From assembly GCA_030390025.1 (NCBI GenBank), contig CM059433.1, forward strand, positions 24,740,001-24,804,000: a stretch of 64,000 bases of DNA. The letters run 5' to 3'. The DNA is from Squalus acanthias. Lineage: Eukaryota. The stretch's first letter is position 1; each line of letters begins with the position of its first letter. Positions 55,301 through 64,000 of this stretch are shown here, piece after piece. The notes beneath the pieces were generated by a model. The model was given only the letters and a program-made list of their open reading frames with translations, was not told where the DNA came from and did no database searches. The position numbers were made by a program, and so were the translations under genes.

Positions 55301-55429
55301 GTTTAAACCCCCCCCAACAGTACTAGCAAACCTCCCCGCAAGGATGTTGGTCCCGTTCCGGTTCAGGTGCAACCCTTCTGACTTGTACAGGTCCCACCTT
55401 CCCCAGAAGCAGACCCAGTGATCCAGGAA
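52347..55429 (-). mobile_element. CR1 LINE: end of ORF1 plus nearly complete ORF2, few frameshifts
   Basis: ORF1 end [83 protein letters not shown]. Confidence 0.96.
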
Positions 55430-56231
55430 TCTCTGCAACCTCCTCCAGCCCTACAACCCTTGTACATCTCTGTCCTCCTCCAATTCTGGCCTCTTGCGTA
55501 TGCCGATTTTCATTGCTCCACCGTTGGCGGCTGTGCCTTCAGCTGCCTGGGACCTAAGCTTTGGAATTCCCTCCTTAAACCTTCCACCTCTCTCCTCCTT
55601 AAGTCACCCCTTAAACCTACCTCATTGACCAAGCTTTTGGTGACCTGTCCTACTATCTCTGTGGCTCGGTGTCAAATTTTGTTTGATAACGCTTCTGTAA
55701 AGAGCCTTGAGATGTTTTTACTACATTAAAGGTGCTATATAAATGCACGTTGTTAACGCCAGGTGAAACAAGTGAAAATCAACCCAATGGTATGCTGTTT
55801 TTCCACTCCTTTTCCTCCCATTGTGAGAAGTAACTGGCCTGTACTCTTGAGGCTTTCTGGAATATAAAAATGTCAACTTGGTCAAAAAAGCCTGTTATTG
55901 GTTGATTTCAGCCACACCTACCTCCTTCTCTGCTTATCCCTGGTGGGGCGGGAGGGGGTGGCACAGTCATGTATGTGATTTTTCAACCAGCTACGTTTCA
56001 TTAGTGAGATTAATCTGTTATCGGTGTTAAGTGACAATTAAGAGCCAGTCATAATTCAAAGGCTGTTGTACAGCCAAGGGGTAGAAGAGACTGAATTAGC
56101 TGTTGCCAGTGGTTATGACGATTGTTCAAATTACGTCTCTTCAGTTACCAAATTTGTATTGGTTTTCCAAATAGGACTCTGGAATGTGCGAGAGTGCAGC
56201 ACATTATGTAAGCAGTGCTTACCGGGGAATT

Positions 56232-58070
56232 GGTGAGTGACCATAGATATGAAGGATACATATTTTCACATAGCAATTCAACCCTACCAGCAACAATTTC
56301 ATTTTCAAGGTGTATGTTACCAATACAGAGTTCTTCCTGTTGGCCTTTCCCAGGCTCCCAGAGTCTTTACCATGTACCTTTTCAGTAACCGCTGCACACC
56401 TATGTCTGTCGCAAATTTGTGTGTCGGTAAGCACCTGGTTATTCTGAGCTTCCAACCAGGACTCTGCCTGGCGGGTGGTCCAATAAGTTACCGTGTACTT
56501 TGTAGAATTTGGTCAATTATGTGAAGTTGCAATTGGACTTGCACAACCTTGTTTTTGAAGGAGCACAATACAGTCAAGCACAGGGTGTTCTGCCTTGGGA
56601 CAGGTTTGTGGTGCTCAGGAACCTAATATTCCTCTTAGATCTAATACCCGTAGCTGGTTCCTCTAAGGGCAGCTACCATTTCCGTGGTTTCCACGAAATG
56701 CCTATTTCAGAGCTCTTTGGTGAATCAGGTAATGGTGATCTCCCAGAAATATCCTTGTCCTGTTTGGTTCATGTAGACAGGGCATCAGCGTAAGATCTCT
56801 GGTGTTGGACGCAAGGCAGCGATGTCCTTAAGGTTCACCTTCGGGTAATTTCCCCTTCAAGTCATAATGACCAGTGACTGATGATGGCGGGGGGGGCCTT
56901 ATATTCAAGACAAATAGGGGCAAAGGGAAGGGGACATTTGTGCAGTCCATGTGATAATTCAAATGCTTTCATTGTGCATTCTCTGCTAATTACCCAGGAA
57001 AAGACGATAACACTCTCATCCATTACATCAGCAAGCTGAGTAGTTTTGTTCCCAATTAATAAGTCAAGGCACAGTGGAGCCTAAATTCGATTGCACCCGA
57101 TAATGGGCGCGAAATGATCAATACGGCGGACTCGCGTGCCAGAAGAGAGAATTTCTAAATTTGTCCGCGAGGCCTCATTGGAATAAATCAGGTGAACTGC
57201 AGTCACTGGTCCGGGTCCTTCAAATTTCGGCTGGCCTGCGCAGGTAGGTCCTGGGGAAAGGAGGTCAAATGGGAGGGGGGTCGAGTATGGGCCGGCAGTG
57301 CTCGCAGTAGTAATGTTGAGACCAGAGTAGCACACCTGCCCTGTCTGGTTCCACATTAAGGTAACTTTTTTTTCAAAACTTATCTGCCGGTTTTTTCAAC
57401 GGTCCCTTTAAGGGCTGCTGGTTAGGCCACAGTAGAGCCTGAAAAACTAGTTGGAGCTTGTGCAGTGCAAGCTCTAACTAGTCTTAATGAATTTCCCAGA
57501 AGTGGTTGTAGGAATCTTATTTCAACACTGAAATGAGGCCCGCACTTATTACAGGCAGTGCCAGGGCCGCCTAAAAAAAAAAAAGGCCCCGATGAATTTA
57601 GCAGCGGCCCAGGCAAATGAGGCGTGTGCTGTCGAGCTGCTAAATTGGCCATTGTTGTGCCTGTTTAACACTCATAAAATTGGAATTTATGCCCCAATAT
57701 GACTAGCCGAAGGAATGTTTCTCTTGGTCCTTCACCTTTGTGGGAGTGAGCAACTGGAGAGCAAAGTTTCAATCACCTTATCACAAGTGGAAAGTCTATC
57801 CTAAGGTTATTCAAAGAATATTCTGCAATTGAAGATTGACCTGTTTGCATCCTCAGGGAATCCTTAGCAATGTTCCTGAAATAGGAGACACATCCATGTA
57901 GAAGCGGACAACTTCTCTTTTCCTTTAACTTTGAATTCTCTGTGTGTTTCTTCCCTTTCCCTGATCATCTAGTTTTTGCAGAATGTACACATGGTAGAAC
58001 TCATTCTGAACACCTTGTACTGGCTCCATCAGCTATGTTTGGTGATCTTGGCAATGAGCAGAACCAGTAT
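56232..58070 (+). mobile_element. DIRS-type (tyrosine-recombinase) retrotransposon relic
   Basis: ORF 56237..56524 TIDMKDTYFHIAI..FQGVCYQYRVLPVGLSQAPRVFT matches DIRS RT (DLKDAYFH..LPFGL..APRVFT); IDLFASSGN at about 57835-57861 matches the downstream DIRS methyltransferase-like motif. Confidence 0.72.
57076..57695. mobile_element. PIF/Harbinger-type MITE inside the DIRS relic
   Basis: Imperfect TIRs GG(A/G)GC(C/A)TAAATTC; flanks AGT/AAT; CpG-rich. Confidence 0.65.
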
Positions 58071-58365
58071 TTGTCAACCCTGCAAGGGGGAGTGGGGGGC
58101 GGGGGTGGTGGTGGTGGTTATCAGAATTTGTATCTCGGACGCTTTTGATTCACGATTTGGTATTGAACACCAAAGTTTGGGCATGTTTCTATGGTGTGGG
58201 AGGGAGGTCCTTATTTAAAGAACGATGATAACACCACAGGGTAAGCAATCTTTGCTCCCATATTAATTAATTTACATTGCACTGTAAATCCTGCTATCGT
58301 GTGGCACAATATGTTGACATTGATCATTATACTAAAGTACAGTCCATGTACAGAGAAAGAACAAT

Positions 58366-59096
58366 GGCCCAGAAATTAATGACTGAGCCTTCGTGCGGGG
58401 GTAAGGCTTCCCCGCGATATCTCACTACGCGCCTGCCTTTTCATTCCGAGCTCGCACGAACTTGATTTTCTAGACAGCAGCTGTGCAGTGCTTCCGTATC
58501 CCACAGGCGCAGTTAATGGGATCACGTGATTCAGTTAGAGCCAATGGCAGCACACCATCTTTCATTCATAGTTTTCACAGCAAGTGCTGTGAAAGCTATG
58601 AATCTATACCCCCTCAAAAGAACAGCTAAACCTCAATTAAATTAAAAAAAAAAACCATCACATTAATAAAATAAGTATATAAAATAAATTAACCACTTTT
58701 TTCAAAAAATTAAATTTTTGAAAAAATTTAAAATCTTTTAAAAAGTTATAAAAAATAAACTTACCTTTCTTTAAAGTCTCTAAAAAAGATATACCTGTTG
58801 AAAAAAATTCAAAATAATACTTAATTAACAACTTACCTTGTTAAAAGAGGGTCTTACGCCTCCTTTCTTTATGTGTAAAATCTTCCATGCTTACCTGCGC
58901 GTTCAAAGCACTAAGTGCACTGCGTGCGCGCAGCCTGTAGCGCGCACGCGGTTCACCTAGGAACCGCCCCCTTTTGAAATCACCAAGTGCCGGTTTTCAG
59001 CACATGCGCAGTGCATGCAGAAAACCGGCAATTGGAGACAGAATACGCAAGAGTACACAGTGCGTACTCTCGCGTAGAGACACTAATTTTTGGGCC
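58366..59096. mobile_element. PIF/Harbinger-type MITE
   Basis: TIRs GGCCCA(G/A)AAATTA(A/G)TG; flanks AAT/AAG; AT-rich centre; subterminal hairpins at about 58992-59026 and 59044-59076. Confidence 0.78.
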
Positions 59097-59129
59097 AAGG
59101 TTTCAGATCCATTTGATCAGATTTCAAAA

Positions 59130-59495
59130 GAAAAAGATTACATTTATATAGCGCCTTTCACTACCTCAGGACGTCCCAAAGCGCTTTTACAGCCAATGAA
59201 GCACTTTTGTTGAAGTATAGTCACTGTTGTAGGAAATACGGCAGCTAATTTGCGCACAGCAAGCTCCCACAAACAGCAACGTGATAATGACCAGATAATC
59301 TGTTTTAGTGATGTTTGTTGCCGGATAAATATTGACCAGGACACCGGGGATAACTCCCCTGCTCTTCGGAATAGTGCCACGTGTACAGCACTGAAGTGCC
59401 ACCCTAGAATCTGTACCGCAAGTCTCGGGTGGGTGGGACCTGAACCCACAGACTTCTGCAAGCAAGAATGCTGTCACTGAGCTGCGGCTGACACC
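59130..59495 (-). mobile_element. DeuSINE/SacSINE1-like SINE with internal deletion
   Basis: tRNA head (gctcagtg..GGTTCAGGTCCC), body aaacagattatctggtcatt, L2 tail gaaaggcgctatataaatg. Confidence 0.8.
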
Positions 59496-59994
59496 GGATT
59501 ATATTTAACTAATATTCAGTTATAAGATGCATGTGGTGTGAACCGTAGGAAAAGGAAGAGTACAATCGTCAATGCAACCTGCAAAAGCCTGCTTCTACAA
59601 AATCAGTAAGGTATGTGTGATTCACAAAATGCCATTTCTGTTCCTAACTATATAAGCATCTGTCTTTCTTTTAAAATGATAACCAACACATTATTAACCA
59701 CTTTAGCTTTGTGAGCCATATTTATTTTTGAAAAATCAAACACTATGGTGGCATTGCTTTTTTTCCTTGAACAATTTGAATTTTAAATATATCTGTCATC
59801 CTCCAGTCTTCGCAGCTTGTTCATTTTATATTTATCTTGTGCTGTTATCACTGTCCACGTTCAATGTCCTGCTTACATGTACACTATCTAATCCTCTCGG
59901 TATTTAAAAACCTACATCATGCCCGTCTCCTTACTTCTGAGTTTTTCTTTGGAGCTCAAAGTCCCAGCTCTGAAATCACTCGCCTCTTTCGCTA

Positions 59995-60041
59995 CTCTCT
60001 CTCTCTCTTTCTCTCTTTTTCTTTCTCTCTTTCTCTCTCTC
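59995..60041. repeat. (CT)n-rich simple repeat
   Basis: Read directly. Confidence 0.8.
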
Positions 60042-60344
60042 CTGATGTACCAGTGTCATTTTGAAACACGATACCCCAAATTGCACATTCCAAATATGGC
60101 TTCCCTAGTGACTTGTACAAGGTGCGAATAATTTGTTTTTCTTGTACTTATATGACTTTAAGGTGCAGCCAAGTAATTGATTAACTTAATTTCATAGATT
60201 TGCTGTGACTGGAAACTGTTGCATGGTCAATAATTGCTCCCAACCCTTATCTGACTTGCTGGTTCCTTTATTGTATGCAAGTTTCCTTTACTGGTGTGTG
60301 ACAATTTAAATTTTCTCCCTGTTAAAATCCAGTGCACTTCCTCA

Positions 60345-60440
60345 GGCCGCTCACCACCTGCTCAAGGGCAACTAGGGATGGGCATTAAATGCTGGCCTTG
60401 CCAGCGACGCCCAGATCCCATAAGCGATTTAAAAAAAAAC
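60345..60440 (+). mobile_element. LINE family Z 3' tail only
   Basis: gctcaccacctgctcaagggcaactagggatgggcattaaatgctggccttgccagcgacgccc then A-run. Confidence 0.85.
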
Positions 60441-60920
60441 TTCCTCAGTTAATTTGCTTCTTATGCTTGTCACATAGCATGCGTGTCTCCAGAATATTTT
60501 CCAATATGGCAATTGCTAGTATGAATAGTGTAATAGTCTGCACTAAAGTTCCACTCAGCATTTTTCAAACGCAAGATTTCTTTGATAAAATATTATTGTT
60601 AGGAATTGTATTGAATGGATTCCTGTTTTATGATTTATACATTCCCAGCTGAATTATTGTCGGCAACTTTGTATCGATAACCTCATAATTAATTTTGAGA
60701 GCTACTGTTATTAACTGATCTCTTGCGATGTCAAAGATTATGCTATTGGGTGTTTTTTGGAAATATATAGTGCTTTCAGAGATAGATTAACATAGCGCAG
60801 GTATATATAGTTTGCATGTAATATGTGGGGAACAACTCTAAATCTTTACGCTCCATTTGTTTAGGGTGTGGGGTTTTTAATAGTGAAAATTAAGCAATAT
60901 ATAAAACTCAAGAAAAGTTT

Positions 60921-61600
60921 AGAACATAAAAAATAGGAGCAAGAGAGGCTATACGGCCTTTCGAGCCTGCTCCTCCATTCAATAAGACCATGGCTGATCT
61001 TCGACCTCAACTCCACTCTCCTGTCCGATCCCCATATCCCTCGATTCCCTTCGAGTCCAAAAATCTATTGATCTCAGCCTTGAATATACTCAATGACTGA
61101 GCATCAACAGCCTTCTGGGGTAGAGAATTTCAAAGATTCACAACCCTCTGAGTGAAGAAATTTCTCCTTATCTCAGTCCTAAATGGCCGACCCCTTATCC
61201 TGAGACTATGCCCCCTAGTTCTAGACTCTCCAGCCAGGGGGAAACAGCCTCTCAGCATCTTCCCTATCAAGCCCTCTCAGAATCTTTTATGTTTCAGTGA
61301 GATCACCTCTCATCTAAACTTCAGAGAGTATAGGCCCATTCTACTCAATCTCTCCTCATTGGATAACCCTTTCATCCCAGGAATCAATCTAGTGAACCTT
61401 CATTGCACCCCCTGGAAGGCAAGTACATCCTTCCTCAGGTACGGAGACCAAAACTGAACACAGTCCTCCAGGTGTGATTTCTCCAAAGCACTGCCCAATT
61501 ATGGTAAGACTTCCTTACTCTTGCACTCCAACCCCCTTGCAATAAAGGCCAACATATCATTTGCCTTCCTAATTGCTTGCTGTACCTGCATGTTAACTTT
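60921..61600 (-). mobile_element. CR1 LINE 3' fragment
   Basis: Minus strand FFTQRVVNL.NSLPQK and RGHSLRIRG motifs; tail type shared with 15500-15575. Confidence 0.88.
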
Positions 61601-61776
61601 GCTTAAACTAATTAGCAACTTTTTTCCCCCAAATATCTCTGCAACAGTACTTTAGTATAAAAAAAATTCTACTTTAAATTTGCATATTTAAACCACAACT
61701 TTTATTCAGAATCTTCTCCAAACTTGCATAATGGTACAGTCCTCTGGGAGCTTGCTGCTGTGTATATGAACAATGA

Positions 61777-64000
61777 GGGGTAGAAATTCCTCTGGGCCAG
61801 TTTTTGGGTGCAGGCTTGGCGCCTAATCACGTGGGCGAAATTCAAAGTAAAATTGGTCAAGTGCCCATATTATCAGGAAATAGGAGGGCTGGCAGCACTT
61901 TATATGCTGTTCATTGGCAACTCGCTTAATTAGGACATGTTTATTGTGTGTTCCTGGAACAATTTAAAGGCAGAAGGCACCTCTTAAAGGAGTGGCGCAC
62001 TTTGGCTGCAGGTAACTGGAAGGCAGCTTCTCAACATGGCAGGCCAAGAAGAAGCTTCAAAGGCCCCTGCATCTTGGATGCAGCACTGAAAGTCCTTGTG
62101 GAGGGTGAAGCAAATGTAGAGCGACCAGAGGTTGAGGAGCTGGAAGATGGCAACACTCACAATGACACACTGTCACTCAAACTGATATTAGCAAGTGCTG
62201 GTTCAGAGACTGGCATTACTCATCCCTTATAGGATAGGCTGGTGGGATTTACATTGGGAGGCTCACCAAGCACTAGTGTGCAGGAGCGTGACACGGCCCA
62301 GGAAGCAGTTTGCTGGAGGGAGAACTCTCATCCCAGCCCTGCTGTGGAGGGCACAGATGAAGATCTCAAGGGCACAGCCTATGCTCAAAGACTGATTTCT
62401 ATACACCTGGACCTTTTAAGTGCACTGGGCAGGCTGCCAGCGAGCTTGCACACAATGGCAGAGGGCATGGAGGGGTCCAGTTTATGCTTGTTTGGGGTCA
62501 ACTACCACGGCATTGGGACCATACAGTCAACCATGGAGCAAGTGGTCAGCTCTATGAATTCTGCAGCGGGGCCGACAATGATGGAGCCTCTGACAACTTT
62601 GCCGGGAACTCAGACTGATGCCATCGTGGCGCTGGGGTCCAGCATCTCTTCAGGCTTGCAATCCATGAAGGAGAGAATTGGTAGGAGTGAGGAGAACATG
62701 AATAGGGGCTTCTAGAGCATCCCTGCACTCCTTCACTCTGTTTTTGTGCAGAGCAGTGGAAGTGTAAAGACGCAGCACCATGATAGTGGCATTGGCTCCG
62801 TGGCTCAGTGTCCTTTCTCAGGATGGCAGTACGCCTGCTCTTCTGCCAGCCTCTGATGCAGTGCCATTGTTGGTTCCGTGCAGCCAGCTGGCCCAAACAG
62901 CCCTGACCGGCACAGAGATACAACAGTCTACAGTTGAGCCCTCAACAGCTGCTGGAGGTTGCCCACTACGACCATCTCAAGTGCCCTCAGGGTATGATCA
63001 GCAGCCTTCCACCTCCCAGGCTCCTGGGATAGGGGAGCCATTTCATAGGAGCACTAGAATAGGCAAACGAACGCTGAGGCCAGGCATTAAGGGATTACCC
63101 TAGAGTGATCTCAGTTCAACATTGAGATGTAAAATTTTTTTTTAGTCCAGAATGTACAAGAGGGGATTTTTTTTGCATTGATGTTGGTCGTCATAATCTT
63201 AGTCATGTAAGAGGAACACATGAGTTAGTAATAAAAACAGAAAATGCTGGAAATACTCAGCAGGTTAGGCAGCATCTGTGGAGAGAGAAACCGAGTTAAT
63301 GTTTCAGGCCGATGATCTTTCGTCCGAGCATTTTCTGTTTTCATTTCAGATTTCCAACATCTGCAGTATTTTGCTTTTGTACATGAGTTAGTAATGTTGG
63401 ACAGCATTCAGAAGGTGGGTGGAAGAAGTGGGTGAAATAATGGGACTGCTGGTGCGCTGGGGGATGCTTTGCTTCAGAGAATCTCTCAATATTTTGTTGT
63501 GCATCTCAATATTTTGCTGCATTACATCTCTGTCACCTGGCAGCACTTGGTCTTCCTCATCATCCTCTCCTTCCTCATCCTCTCCTGTAGCAACTGCACG
63601 GCTTGGCCCCTCTGAATGGTGTTGTTGCAGAGCATGCAGCAAACCACTACAAATCTGGAGACTCGCTCGGGCCTGTGCTGCTCTGGATCGGTCCATGCAC
63701 CGAGAATGGTTCTGAGGGTTCTGGTTTGAGTGCAACTCTCATTGTATCAGTGCTCAGCATCTCTACCGTGTTCCCGACAGGAGTCATGAGCCAGGTGTAG
63801 AGGGACACCCACCGTCTTCAAGGAACCAGCCTGCCACCCGCAGGTCTGGGTAGAAAATGGGGATTGAGGACTGGCATTATGACTATTGCCAGGAAACCGG
63901 GCATTGACCTGCATTATTCGCTGCCTGTGGTCATAGACCAGCTGACCATTCAGGGAGTGGAACCTCTTCCAGTTATAGAACGTGGCTGGTTCGTGATGGG
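61777..64000. mobile_element. Decayed PIF/Harbinger DNA transposon (Myb/SANT-like gene on +, DDE transposase on -, convergent), runs off the window
   Basis: Left end GGGGTAGAAATT; + strand MAGQEEASKAP../LDAALKVLVEG near 62036-62106 then low-complexity ORFs; minus strand 63600-63840 reads across frameshifts GWFLEDGG.P..TWLMTPV..YNES.TQTR..RCMDRS..PERVSRFVVVCCMLCN followed by an acidic run, HARBI1-like. Confidence 0.82.
63233..63380. mobile_element. Penelope-derived short fold-back insertion, family A, partly deleted
   Basis: Same sequence as 23035-23280; 15-bp direct repeat ACATGAGTTAGTAAT at 63218-63232 and 63381-63395. Confidence 0.88.

Larger units (their letters stand above)
48710..55755 (+). 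mobile_element. L2 LINE 3' part broken into three pieces (48710-48915, about 52035-52346, 55430-55755)
   Basis: Pieces are colinear with the L2 copy at 13750-14547 (..aagaccg|cctacttccacctc.. and ..ctccctat|ctctgcaacctcctcc..). Confidence 0.85.

Overview
Eukaryotic (vertebrate) genomic DNA, not prokaryotic; the repeat complement (CR1, L2, DeuSINE/SacSINE1-like, Penelope) points to a cartilaginous fish (inference). The + strand carries the 3' half of LRRC1 (Lano, LAP/Scribble family): seven GT-AG coding exons (921-1065, 2786-2904, 8764-8847, 27689-27804, 30077-30249, 39235-39365, 43912-44070) splice into one 927-nt open frame (LRRs, LAP-specific domains, C-terminal -VTTSV stop), followed by a long AU-rich 3' UTR. 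Introns and the downstream region hold CR1, L2, RTE and a second CR1/Jockey-like LINE family, tRNA-derived SINEs, a DIRS relic, a pogo/Tigger-type MITE, five Harbinger-type MITEs and a decayed Harbinger element, often nested. Most interesting: (1) short palindromic Penelope-derived insertions with 12-15 bp target duplications whose centres contain minimal hammerhead-ribozyme cores; (2) a candidate hidden alternative last exon (GQETSVCLC-stop) behind a ~550-nt degenerately repeated polypyrimidine region; (3) a LINE whose 5' end is a tRNA-SINE head; (4) inverted LINE copies symmetrically flanking two exons (circRNA potential). Repeat boundaries are by eye and approximate unless a TSD/TIR is quoted; family names are from recognition, not database search.
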